A program made the translations under genes and the position numbers. Under the pieces are notes generated by a model. It saw only the letters and a list, made by a program, of their open reading frames with translations. It did not search any database and was not told the DNA's origin. This document shows, one piece after another, positions 21,151-31,575 of a stretch of DNA of 64,000 nt. Numbering within the stretch: position 1 is the stretch's first letter; the number at the start of each line of letters is the position of its first letter. The stretch comes from an uncultured Bacilli bacterium (GTDB lineage Bacteria > Bacillota_I > Bacilli_A > RF39 > UBA660), in NCBI GenBank assembly GCA_934098505.1, contig CAKOOR010000006.1:19655-83654 (forward strand). Direction: 5' to 3'.

Positions 21151-22956
21151 TTATTTTCTATTAACTCTAAATCTTTCGTTAGGATCTAAAATCTTCTTAC
21201 GAAGTCTAATAATAGCAGGAGTAACCTCTACATATTCATCTTCTTCGATAAACTCTAAAGCCTCTTCTAGACTAAATGTCTTAGGAGTAACTAAAGCAAT
21301 GGCATCATCAGCCGACTTACTTCTGGTATTAGACATTTCTTTGTTTTTACATGGATTAACATTTAAGTCATTATCTCTATTATGAATACCTACAATCATA
21401 CCGATATAAATATCAGCACCCGGTCCTACAATCATTTGACCTCTGTCTTGTAAGTTATATAATGAATAACCTAAAGCTTTACCAGTTTCCATTGAAACAA
21501 GAACTCCGTTTTTACGACCTCTAATCTCCCCAGCATAAGGTTTATATTCATCAAATGAGCGAACCATAATACCCTCACCCTTAGTATTAGTTATAAAGGC
21601 ACTCCTATAACCAATTAAACCACGAGTTGGCGCACTAAATTCTAAATGTGTATATCCTTCTTCCCCATTAGACATAACAAGTAAAGTAGCCTTTCTTTCT
21701 TGTAAATCCGAAATAATTGTTGAAGCATAATCACTTGGCGTATTAACGATTACTGTTTCATAAGGTTCACATTTACGACCGTCAATTTCTTCAAATAAAA
21801 CTTCTGGTTTGGAAACACATAATTCATAACCTTCACGACGCATCTCTTCAAGTAATACCGATAAGTGTAATTCACCACGGCCAGATACTTTAAATCCATC
21901 CGTACCAGGTAATTCTTCTACTTCTAATCCAACATTCGTTTCTAATTCTTTTTCTAATCTTTCTTTAATATGGCGAGAAGTCAAGAACTTACCACTTTGA
22001 CCAGCAAATGGTGATGAGTTAACCATAAAGTTCATTGACAAAGTAGGTCTTTCAATAATAATAGGAGGTAGAGGATCAACAACACCTTGAGGACATAAAG
22101 TATCACCAATGGAAATATCCTTGCAACCAGCAACTGTTACAATATCCCCATAATAAGCCTCACTCACTTCTTTTTTCTTAATACCTTCATTTACAAATAA
22201 CTTAGAAATTCTGAAAGACTCAACGGCACCAGTATTACGACATAAAGTAACCATTTCGCCAGTCTTTACAACGCCTTTAGTAACACGACCAATACCCAAA
22301 CGGCCAATAAATGAATCGTAATCTAATTGGGAAACTTGAAGTTGTAAAGTATCATCAACACTACCTTCATAAGGTTTAACTTGCTTTAAAACCGTTTCAA
22401 GTAATGGTGAAATATCATCTTCTAAATGATTTAAATCCAAAGTAGCTTTGCCATCTCTAGCAACACCATAAACAATAGGAAAATCTAATTGCTCATCTGT
22501 CGCATTTAACTCCATAAATAAATCAAATGTCATATTAACTACTTCTTCTGGTCTTGCATCTTTTTTATCAATTTTATTTATGAAAAGAATAGGTCTTAAA
22601 TTTTGTTCTAAAGCCTTCTTAAGTACAAATCTCGTTTGAGGCATTGGTCCTTCTTTAGCATCAACAATTAAAATAACTGTATCAACCGTACGCATAATTC
22701 TTTCTACTTCACTTGAAAAATCAGCATGACCTGGAGTATCAACGATATTAATCTTATAATCTTTATATCTAATAGAACAGTTTTTAGAATAAATGGTAAT
22801 ACCTCTTTCTCTTTCCAAGTCATTACTATCCATAACTTGTTCATGAACTACTTCATTTTCTCTAAAAACACCATTTTGTTGTAGTAACGCATCTACTAAA
22901 GTACTTTTACCAGCATCTACATGTGCTACTACTGCAATATTAATAATCTTATCCAT
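21151..22956 (-). CDS. typA: translational GTPase TypA/BipA
   Basis: 601 aa. G1 AHVDAGKST, G3 DTPGHADF, NKIDK. Length and C-terminal domain fit BipA. Confidence 0.95.
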   Translation of the reverse strand: MDKIINIAVVAHVDAGKSTLVDALLQQNGVFRENEVVHEQVMDSNDLERERGITIYSKNCSIRYKDYKINIVDTPGHADFSSEVERIMRTVDTVILIVDAKEGPMPQTRFVLKKALEQNLRPILFINKIDKKDARPEEVVNMTFDLFMELNATDEQLDFPIVYGVARDGKATLDLNHLEDDISPLLETVLKQVKPYEGSVDDTLQLQVSQLDYDSFIGRLGIGRVTKGVVKTGEMVTLCRNTGAVESFRISKLFVNEGIKKKEVSEAYYGDIVTVAGCKDISIGDTLCPQGVVDPLPPIIIERPTLSMNFMVNSSPFAGQSGKFLTSRHIKERLEKELETNVGLEVEELPGTDGFKVSGRGELHLSVLLEEMRREGYELCVSKPEVLFEEIDGRKCEPYETVIVNTPSDYASTIISDLQERKATLLVMSNGEEGYTHLEFSAPTRGLIGYRSAFITNTKGEGIMVRSFDEYKPYAGEIRGRKNGVLVSMETGKALGYSLYNLQDRGQMIVGPGADIYIGMIVGIHNRDNDLNVNPCKNKEMSNTRSKSADDAIALVTPKTFSLEEALEFIEEDEYVEVTPAIIRLRKKILDPNERFRVNRK

Positions 22957-23142
22957 AAATAAAACCCACTTCCATTTAATACTTTTAAGATATTACTACA
23001 TTTTTTTCCAAATTACAAGTAGTAAATACTTATTTTTTTATTTCCTTTTTTTAGTCATTTTAAAGTTTTTTTATATATCTTTTATCGAGTTAATTTTTAT
23101 AATAGCCTAAGTAAATTCTTCCTTAAAATCATTTAAGCTTAT

Positions 23143-24987
23143 CTATTTACCAGTTCTAACTGTATAATTGGCACAAGTATTTTTACTATTAATAACATCT
23201 TCAATTACTTCTACACTATCATTTTCCATATATCTTTCTTCTTTTATTTCTCTATATTTTAAAAAGGCAGTATATTTTAATTTAGTAAACTTTTCTAATA
23301 ATCCTTTAATTAAATCTTGATGTTCAACCACCATATCATTAAATTCTCCATCACCTATCATATTTCCATAATAGCAACCTAACTCATAATTAATTTCACT
23401 ATCATTATAACTTAAAAACATAGCCTCAATAGTACTTACATCTACTTTATAAATACTACTTAAAATCTTAAAATAACTCTTTTTTATACTTTCATACTCA
23501 TCTAAAAAGTTAGAATAATAACTACGAACTTCATTAGTTTCCATATAAGAACCATTAACTAAATTACTCATTATTAAATAATATAGAAAAACATTTTCTT
23601 CTAAACTCAACTTATTATTTTTAGTAAATTTATTATTTTTACCTAAAACAACATTAGTATCTCCTTTTAACTCATCAAATCCTACATTATTCTTATTATT
23701 TTTACTATTTAGTAAAACATTATCATTTAATCCTGCTAATTCTAGACTATAATCAATACTTTCTAAATTGTAATTAATTAAACTTCTTAAACTATATTTC
23801 ATAATAGTAATATAATATAAATATTTTATATTATCAGTCATTTTATAAATATCATTATCATCATAACCACTACTTTTATTTGTTAAACTTCTTAAATAAA
23901 TAGTACGATAATTCATACTATTAATAGCATAAATCATTCTTAAAAGTTCTCTTTTTTCTTCTAATGTTGTAGCCCCTAAGAACTCTAAGATTCTATTATT
24001 ATCATGTTTTCTAATCGCATCATAATATTCATCTAAAGTTTTACTATTATCAAAAATAGAACATAAAAACATTTGATTTTCTAAATCACGATATTCTGGA
24101 TAAGTATAATAAAACATATCTGGTTCTTCATCTTTTTTAGTAAATATGCCTAAATTCACTAAACTACTTTCAGCGCTTGCTTCACCTAGAATATTAAAGT
24201 ATTCATCATCAACAACCAATGCCTCTTCTTTTTTACCTTTCTCATCAGCACATATTCCTTGTTCAACATGTCTTAATTCATGACTAACAACTTCATCTAT
24301 CCTAGCTAAAACATCATCTATACTATTCATATCATTTACTAAAAGGGAAATATTTATTCTAATAACATCGTCTTTAGAATTATAATCAGCAAAAGTACTA
24401 TTACCAATATCTGAGCGAGAAAAACCGTCTACTAAAACAATCTTTAAGTTACGATAATTATGAATATTTGAAGCATCACCATTTTTCATAATAAAATCAA
24501 TATTACTTTTAAGAGTTTTTATTATCTGATCTTTAACTTTAATTAAGTTTTCCCCTTCGATATTTAAACCATACTTAGTAGCAAAATGACGATTATTATA
24601 ATAGTAATCACTAAAACAATCATTATAATTTTTATTTTCTAAAATATACTTACTAGTATTATCTTCTATTTGTTTATATATTTCTTCTGATGTATAACTG
24701 TTATTTTCACTACAAGTACCGAAATTTCTATTAAGAAGCTCTTGATATTTTTCTTCACTTAAGCCCATATCGTCTTGTAAGCCTAAATCGTTAGTACTAA
24801 CAAAATAATCTCTTAAGGCATCAGTTAAATTTATTGTATCTTCACTAACACTTGTTTTATCTTTATCATCATTTTTAAAAGAAACAAACGTATCCTTTGA
24901 AAAATTACAAGACATCATATTGACAACAAACGCTAAACATACTAATAAGCTGGCACTCCTCTTATTACTGATACTTATCTTGTTCAT
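23143..24987 (-). CDS. putative secreted HExxH zinc metallopeptidase-like lipoprotein (uncharacterised family, paralog A)
   Basis: 614 aa. Lipobox-like LAFVVNMMSC, HELRH motif (VVSHELRHVEQG), and a downstream GEASAES as a possible third ligand. It is a paralog of 27067..28653. Confidence 0.55.
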   Translation of the reverse strand: MNKISISNKRSASLLVCLAFVVNMMSCNFSKDTFVSFKNDDKDKTSVSEDTINLTDALRDYFVSTNDLGLQDDMGLSEEKYQELLNRNFGTCSENNSYTSEEIYKQIEDNTSKYILENKNYNDCFSDYYYNNRHFATKYGLNIEGENLIKVKDQIIKTLKSNIDFIMKNGDASNIHNYRNLKIVLVDGFSRSDIGNSTFADYNSKDDVIRINISLLVNDMNSIDDVLARIDEVVSHELRHVEQGICADEKGKKEEALVVDDEYFNILGEASAESSLVNLGIFTKKDEEPDMFYYTYPEYRDLENQMFLCSIFDNSKTLDEYYDAIRKHDNNRILEFLGATTLEEKRELLRMIYAINSMNYRTIYLRSLTNKSSGYDDNDIYKMTDNIKYLYYITIMKYSLRSLINYNLESIDYSLELAGLNDNVLLNSKNNKNNVGFDELKGDTNVVLGKNNKFTKNNKLSLEENVFLYYLIMSNLVNGSYMETNEVRSYYSNFLDEYESIKKSYFKILSSIYKVDVSTIEAMFLSYNDSEINYELGCYYGNMIGDGEFNDMVVEHQDLIKGLLEKFTKLKYTAFLKYREIKEERYMENDSVEVIEDVINSKNTCANYTVRTGK

Positions 24988-25139
24988 AAAAACCCCTCTT
25001 TTAATTGCTACTTATCTTAAGGCAAAATTTACTAAAAGTCAAGAATATTTGCAACCAATTTTTCTCTTATTTCACTGTTAACCGTAAAAGTCTTATCGCT
25101 TAATACCTTTTATATGTTAAAATTATCATAGGAAGGAGC

Positions 25140-25904
25140 ATAAAAGTTTATACGAAAGATAAGAAAAACATTGTAATTATTATTTTAAGTATTCTTTTAG
25201 TAACAACTGTAGGATATATTATTTATAGCGAATTAAATACTAAAAATAGCATTAATACTGACACTACAGATTGCAATAATACCCAAAACGACAATACTAA
25301 CAAAAATAATAAAAACAATCAAAATCAAACTAATAAATATTCAGAATATAGCATAGTTGGTGAAGCCTATAACGGTATTAATGTTATAAAAAATCCTAAC
25401 GACGATATTAATACTTCTATGGGCGACCCAGATGAAATGGTAGAAAAAGTAATTTTACCTAAAATTTTAAAAGATACCGAAACAACTCGTAGTATTAATA
25501 AAAGAATTCTAGATGATAATAACTCGGCAATTTCAACAGTTGAAAAAGGCTTACAAAACGAAGATGACCAAAATATCTTATTTGATGTTACAACTAATTA
25601 TGATTATACCGTTCACAATGATATTCTATACATCTTAGTAACTACCAAGAATTGGTATTATCATAGTCATGCTTTCAATACTTACTATAGCTATTATTAT
25701 GATATTAAAAATGATAAAGAATTAACAACTAGTGAAGTAGCTGGTATGCTTAATATCAAATTAAAAGATATCAATAACGCTAAAGAAATTACAAACATTA
25801 TGTACATTAACAACTATAAACAAGCTAAAATTTATTATAACGAAACAGAAAATAACTGTAGCAATGAAGAATGTAAGACTGAAACAACTATTGATTTAAA
25901 ATAA
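25140..25904 (+). CDS. hypothetical membrane-anchored protein (start codon uncertain)
   Basis: The frame is open from 25104. GGAAGGAG at 25131-25138 is followed by codons for a TM helix (IVIIILSILLVTTVGYIIY). The first ATG/GTG/TTG is only at 25419. Confidence 0.4.
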   Translation: MKVYTKDKKNIVIIILSILLVTTVGYIIYSELNTKNSINTDTTDCNNTQNDNTNKNNKNNQNQTNKYSEYSIVGEAYNGINVIKNPNDDINTSMGDPDEMVEKVILPKILKDTETTRSINKRILDDNNSAISTVEKGLQNEDDQNILFDVTTNYDYTVHNDILYILVTTKNWYYHSHAFNTYYSYYYDIKNDKELTTSEVAGMLNIKLKDINNAKEITNIMYINNYKQAKIYYNETENNCSNEECKTETTIDLK

Positions 25905-25998
25905 TCTCATACAAAAAGATACATACTTACGCATTAATTAAATCAAAAACACTCTTATATAAAAAATCCACTATTCTACTAGTGAATTTTTTTAAATT

Positions 25999-26880
25999 CT
26001 AATCAGTAATCGAATTAGTATCTAAACTAAAATCGGTCTTCTTCTTACTCTTTCTTTTATCTTTATTAATATAAACAGTTTCATAAGAATCACAAACAGT
26101 AACAAAAGCTTTATCATCAATAAATAATATTGCTTCTTTTATTTCTAAGTAAAACTTACTTTTTATTGATACCATTAAAATATCATAACTTTTCTCACTG
26201 TAACCGCCTTTACCTTTTAATATCGTAATTCCGTAATTATAAGTTTCTTTTAAAAATTTTCTTATTTCTTTATTTTTCCGAGAATTAATATAAAGTATTT
26301 TATCTTCTTTTATTCCTAACATAAAGCGATTAGAATAGATACTTTGAAATATCAAAATTACAAATGCATAAACTAAATGTTCAGTTCCAAAGACTAACCC
26401 GGTTAGGATAACTACTACCCCATCTATCATTATAATAGCCTTATCCATCGACACTTTCAAATATTTGCAGACGATAGCTTCAATTATATCGGTACCTCCC
26501 GTAGTAAAACCCGTTTTAAAAACTATCCCTAATCCATAACCATTTAGAATACCTCCTATTATCGCTTTTACTAATAAATCAACACTGCTTATGTCAATCA
26601 ATCCGGTTATATAACTTGTTAATTTTAGCATTATAGGATAAATGAGAGCTCCCAACACCGTTTTATAAGTATCATCCTTTCCTAAAAAAAGAAATGATAT
26701 TATAATTAAAAATATATTAACAGTTCCTACAAACAAAGAAGTATCAATAATTACAAATTTATTAATAACAATGGCTAAACTGCCTATTCCAGTTGAAGCT
26801 AAATTATCCGGCACGCAAAATAAATTAAAAGAAAATGCTACAATAGTTATTCCTAATAAAAACTTTATCCATTTTTTCAT
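25999..26880 (-). CDS. YitT family membrane protein (second copy)
   Basis: 293 aa. Same architecture as 9765..10652 (TGGTDII, C-terminal DUF2179-like domain). Confidence 0.8.
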   Translation of the reverse strand: MKKWIKFLLGITIVAFSFNLFCVPDNLASTGIGSLAIVINKFVIIDTSLFVGTVNIFLIIISFLFLGKDDTYKTVLGALIYPIMLKLTSYITGLIDISSVDLLVKAIIGGILNGYGLGIVFKTGFTTGGTDIIEAIVCKYLKVSMDKAIIMIDGVVVILTGLVFGTEHLVYAFVILIFQSIYSNRFMLGIKEDKILYINSRKNKEIRKFLKETYNYGITILKGKGGYSEKSYDILMVSIKSKFYLEIKEAILFIDDKAFVTVCDSYETVYINKDKRKSKKKTDFSLDTNSITD

Positions 26881-27066
26881 AAGCTCAATCCTCTATTATT
26901 CTTAATTAGATTGTACCAAATAACTATTAATTTTTCAAAATTTTATCGTCAAATGTTTTAATTTTATCAAAAGCAAATAATCCTTAACAATCATAGTCAA
27001 ATAACTTTTTAGTTTAACAATACACCATTTATAAATTCAATATATAATAAACTTGAAAACACTAAA

Positions 27067-28653
27067 TTATTTTAAAATAAATTTAAAACCATAATTGTTT
27101 TTCCCTTTTTCATTTATTATTGCTAATAAATTATTATAATTAAATTCGCTTAAATAAGTTCCACCATTTACTATACTTTTTATTTTTGGAAATTTATTAA
27201 TTAAATTAGCAACCTTGCTACCATCACTACCTATTACTGTCTTATTTTTAACATAACTAGTTATATCTCCTAACCATTCACTTTTATTTTTTTCGTCATA
27301 ATAATTTTTTATTTCAGTATCACTAAGATTATATATACTAGCTAAATACTCCATAAATATTTCTTCAATCAATTCATAATTTTTAATAAAATCATTATAA
27401 AATGTATAACTAACCTGACTAGTTTTATAATCATAATTACTAAAACTAGCACTATCTAAAATATTTACAAGAATAAAATGATATAATATCAAATTATCAT
27501 CTAAACTTAATTGTTCTTTTGTTATATTATAATTTATTAGAGAAGTAACACTTTGTTTTAGCAAATAACTCTCTACTATTCCTTTTGTATTATCAGTTAA
27601 TAATTCGTTTATATTTGTATTGTTTAAATCTTTAAAATCACTACTACCAATAAGACGACTCCAATAACTACTTCTTACTAATCTGCCATCAATTAACCAA
27701 ATTATACTTAAAAAATCTTTAATATTCTCATCACTATAAACATTAAAATAGTCACAAAAGCTATGCATATTTCCTTTAAATAAAGCTTTATAATAATCAT
27801 CAATTGATGTACTATTATCTAAAAAGCTTAGTAAAAATAACTTACTTTCATATTTTCTTTCTTCTAAATTATTATAACCATAATAAAAGCCACGATTAAT
27901 TGGTTTATAATTATTCTTTAAAACATTATAATTATAAGACTCTGCCATAGCTTCATCTAAAAAAGAAACTCCTACCTCCCCAGGTAACTTATAACTATTA
28001 GTATTATCTTCACAAGGTCGTTCAAACATATGATTAAACTCATGATTAATAGTATCATACAAACTCATATATAAATCATCAGCAGTATTAGCGCTCTTCA
28101 AAATATTATTTAAAGATATTACAATCACATTATCATTTTCAAAATATTCACCAAATTGATCCTTATCTTGAAAATTACCTACTATTATTTTTAATGATAA
28201 TAACTTGTGAACATCATCATTTCTATTTTTATCTAATAGGACATTGCTTAAAATATTTAAAATAATATTTTCAATATAATCACGTATATTTTTCTGTTTT
28301 ATATCACTTATTAATCCATAATTTTCTTTATCCTGAAGATATTTTTTACTATTTAAATTTATAATTTCATATAAATTATCTTTATCTCCATTATAATTAC
28401 AAGTACAAAAAATATTATCTATTTTGCCTATTTTTAATAAATTTTCTAATTCATTATTGTTTAATAAAGTGGTTTTTTCAATATCAAGTTGTATACCATT
28501 AAGTGTATTTAAATAAAAAACATTAGCTTTCTTATCATTACTTGCGGAGGCTTTAACTGTATTATAACCAAAAATGTTTGCTAAAGAAACAATAGATATC
28601 GATAAACAAAGACCTAACGCTGCACCCTTCCTGCTTAAATTTTTTATTATCAT
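27067..28653 (-). CDS. putative secreted HExxH zinc metallopeptidase-like protein (paralog B)
   Basis: 528 aa. Signal peptide, HEFNH motif (TINHEFNHMFERP), and a downstream DEAMAES. It shares blocks with paralog A (LKI(I/V), SLINYN, (D/E)(D/E)YY(K/D)A). Confidence 0.55.
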   Translation of the reverse strand: MIIKNLSRKGAALGLCLSISIVSLANIFGYNTVKASASNDKKANVFYLNTLNGIQLDIEKTTLLNNNELENLLKIGKIDNIFCTCNYNGDKDNLYEIINLNSKKYLQDKENYGLISDIKQKNIRDYIENIILNILSNVLLDKNRNDDVHKLLSLKIIVGNFQDKDQFGEYFENDNVIVISLNNILKSANTADDLYMSLYDTINHEFNHMFERPCEDNTNSYKLPGEVGVSFLDEAMAESYNYNVLKNNYKPINRGFYYGYNNLEERKYESKLFLLSFLDNSTSIDDYYKALFKGNMHSFCDYFNVYSDENIKDFLSIIWLIDGRLVRSSYWSRLIGSSDFKDLNNTNINELLTDNTKGIVESYLLKQSVTSLINYNITKEQLSLDDNLILYHFILVNILDSASFSNYDYKTSQVSYTFYNDFIKNYELIEEIFMEYLASIYNLSDTEIKNYYDEKNKSEWLGDITSYVKNKTVIGSDGSKVANLINKFPKIKSIVNGGTYLSEFNYNNLLAIINEKGKNNYGFKFILK

Positions 28654-28793
28654 ATAAGTTTTATCTCTCTTTTCTTTGTTTTATTTACTACCTAAGTTAT
28701 TTTTAATACTTCGTTTATTTATTATTTTCCCAATTTTATTATTATCTTTTTTTACACTTTATGAGCTTTTGTCCCCCTATCTTAAGTAATATT

Positions 28794-29883
28794 TTACTTA
28801 TTTGCCTTGGTTTTAAGTACAGACTCCATTATTGGCATTAAATTACCATCTAAAATTTTAAAAGCCTGACTAGTTTCATAACCACTTCGTAAATCTTTTA
28901 CTAAGGTATAAGGTTCAAGAACATAATTTCTAATTTGACTGCCAAAATTAATGCTGTCACTTAAGCCCTTTTCCTTATTTAATTCTACTTCTTTTTTCTC
29001 TACTTCTAATTGATATAATTTAGATTTTAGCATTTCCATAGCGCGTTCTTTATTACGAAGTTGGCTCCTTTCAACTTGACAAGAAACTACTGTTTTAGTT
29101 GGTAAATGCGTAATACGGACAGCTGAATCACTGGTATTTACTGACTGCCCACCAGCCCCACTCGAATGAAAAACATCAATTTTTAAATCTTCATCATTAA
29201 TCTCGATATCGCTTACTTTATCAAATTCTGGCACTACAGTAACCGAAGCAAAAGAAGTATGGCGACGTTTATTAGCGTCGAATGGAGAAATTCTAACTAA
29301 ACGATGAACACCCTTTTCTCCTTTAAAATAGCCATAACTCATATTACCACTAATTTTTAAGGTTACCGATTTAACCCCTGCTTCTTCGCCTTTTAAAAAG
29401 TCAATTATTTCATATTTATAACCATTGGCTTCGCAAAATCGTTCATACATTCTAAGTAACATGGAAGCCCAGTCCATAGCTTCCGTACCACCAGCACCAG
29501 GATGAATTTCTAAAAAGCAATTCAAATTATCATAAGGGCCACTGAGTAAAGTAGCTATTTCCAATTCTTCTACTAATTTTTCAGTATTAGAAAGTTCATT
29601 TTCTAAGTCATCATTTAAACTTTCATCCAATTTAACTAAATCAATTAATTCTTGCAGTCCTTCTATTAAACTATTAGCCTTCTTTAAATCACTAACTTCT
29701 TTTTTTAAGCTAATTAATTCACTATTAACTTTACTAGCATAAGCATTATCAGTCCAAATATTTGGTTGATTAAGAATATTTTCAAGTTCTCTAATCCTTT
29801 TATCTTTAGCTTCTTGGTCAAAGTGACCTCCCTATATCTTTAATTTTGCTAACTAAATTATTATATCTTGTTTCTATATCCAT
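28794..29883 (-). CDS. prfB: peptide chain release factor 2, requiring programmed +1 frameshift
   Basis: The short frame-0 ORF from ATG 29883 (MDIETRYNNLVSKIKDIGRSL) ends at CTT TGA C (29817-29823), preceded by the SD-like AGGGAGG. The +1 frame continues into the tracked ORF, which carries SPF (RISPFDA) and GGQ (SGAGGQSVNT). Confidence 0.9.
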
Positions 29884-30096
29884 TTTTTCTCCTTGTAATC
29901 AAAACTTCAAAAGATAAATTATCTCAATTTTTTTAAAATTCATTAAACTCATCTCATAAATTAATAATACTAATTATACCACACCTCCTACTATCTTTAG
30001 CAAGTTATCACCATTCTATCTGTTGAAATTTTATTATTTTTCAATTGCTACTACTATTGGCGCCTTTTAAATTAACTTTTAACCATTTTAGTAACT

Positions 30097-30816
30097 TCAC
30101 CCTAGACTTAATTTTAAAGCTGCTCTTATATCGCCAACATTTTCTAATTTTTTACTGGAAATTCTTTCTAATTTAAATATAATCAAGTTTAAATAATCAA
30201 TATAATCATCTCTATTTAAACATTCTATTTCCTTTCGCATATAATTTATATCTATATCATTCCATAAATAAAAATTATCAATTTCCACTATCTTATCCAA
30301 TACTAAATTAAACAAAGTAAAACCCATCGATCTATAAGCCGTCATTCTATCATCATAAAAATAACTATTATCTAAATCAATCAAATAAAATTTTTTGCCA
30401 TCAAAAAGAACATTATCACTCCAAATATCCGGATTAAAAAGACCGAGATTACTTAGCTTTTCAATTTCACTCAATAAATCTTTTAAAGCTGCAATTACCA
30501 TTTTATAAGAAGTCGTATCTAAAAAAGTATCTAAAGGCTTTCCTAAACATATAGGCATCGTATATCCCAAAAAAGAAAGATCAGTAACATAAATATCTTC
30601 AGGTAATATTAAATACCTAAAAATCTTATTATCCATTAACGTTTTTAAAATCATCAATCTATTTTTATTGCTTTTAACCTCTAAATCCATTAAAGCAGGA
30701 TGAAAAAGTTTAAAATATTTTTCTTGATATTCATAAATATAACTGTTTGACCCATAATAAATTGGTCGATTGGGTAACTCTAAATTATCAATGCTCTTTA
30801 CTCTAATTAGTGCCAT
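30097..30816 (-). CDS. small protein-kinase-fold protein (APH/RIO-like), paralog 1
   Basis: 239 aa. Catalytic-loop-like PDIWSDNVLF followed by YLIDLDNS (DFG-equivalent). Similar layout to 47025..47750. Confidence 0.45.
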   Translation of the reverse strand: MALIRVKSIDNLELPNRPIYYGSNSYIYEYQEKYFKLFHPALMDLEVKSNKNRLMILKTLMDNKIFRYLILPEDIYVTDLSFLGYTMPICLGKPLDTFLDTTSYKMVIAALKDLLSEIEKLSNLGLFNPDIWSDNVLFDGKKFYLIDLDNSYFYDDRMTAYRSMGFTLFNLVLDKIVEIDNFYLWNDIDINYMRKEIECLNRDDYIDYLNLIIFKLERISSKKLENVGDIRAALKLSLG

Positions 30817-31122
30817 TGCTTCTCCTTGGTTTATGTTATCTAGGATATTACACTTATATTAGAAAGTCAATTTCTTTTCTTAACTATCATAATATTTTTT
30901 TATATTCGTTTCTAATATATATACTATATAAATAGTAAAAATAACTATTATAACTTATTATATTTATGGATACATAAAATACCTTAAAATTTTAAATTAG
31001 AAAGTTCTTTTTAACAACTTTTCCAATATTTATATAAAAGTCTTTTATCATTATTAGTTTTTATAACATAATTTATAATTGCATTATCTGTTTGCATTTT
31101 ATAAAATTAAAATGGTGATTAT

Positions 31123-31554
31123 ATGTATTTTCTTATCTGTTTATTTTTTTATATCATTTGGGTTAAATTAGTTTATAGTCCTATTCCTTCGCTTATTTTT
31201 TTAATGCCGTTTACCAAAGATTTTATGCAGTTAATTCGTTTAAAAAAATATCGAAAGCCCTTTATTTTAACCATGATTTTTACTTGTTTTATTTATTCGG
31301 TTGCTATTATTGATTATATATCTAATCCTGCCTATACCATCGCTTTTTTCATCATCTTTTTTAATCTCCTACTCATTTTAAATTATTTAATTCTTAAATT
31401 TATTAGTTTTGTCGATTTTTGCTTGCGTTATAAAGAATTTAATGAATCTCTATATATTTTCATCTTTTACTTTCTTTATTTTGGTTATCTAACTCTTTGC
31501 TATATAAGTAGTGAAACAATCATTAAATTAACTTCTCATCTTTTTCAAATTTAA
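31123..31554 (+). CDS. hypothetical polytopic membrane protein
   Basis: 143 aa, very hydrophobic. ORF only. Confidence 0.35.
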   Translation: MYFLICLFFYIIWVKLVYSPIPSLIFLMPFTKDFMQLIRLKKYRKPFILTMIFTCFIYSVAIIDYISNPAYTIAFFIIFFNLLLILNYLILKFISFVDFCLRYKEFNESLYIFIFYFLYFGYLTLCYISSETIIKLTSHLFQI

Positions 31555-31575
31555 AAAAAGTACTATTTCTAGTAC
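31553..31575 (-). terminator. terminator hairpin between convergent genes (best fit for the minus-strand SDR gene)
   Basis: On the minus strand, GTACTA-GAAA-TAGTAC is followed by TTTTTTT. Confidence 0.45.
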
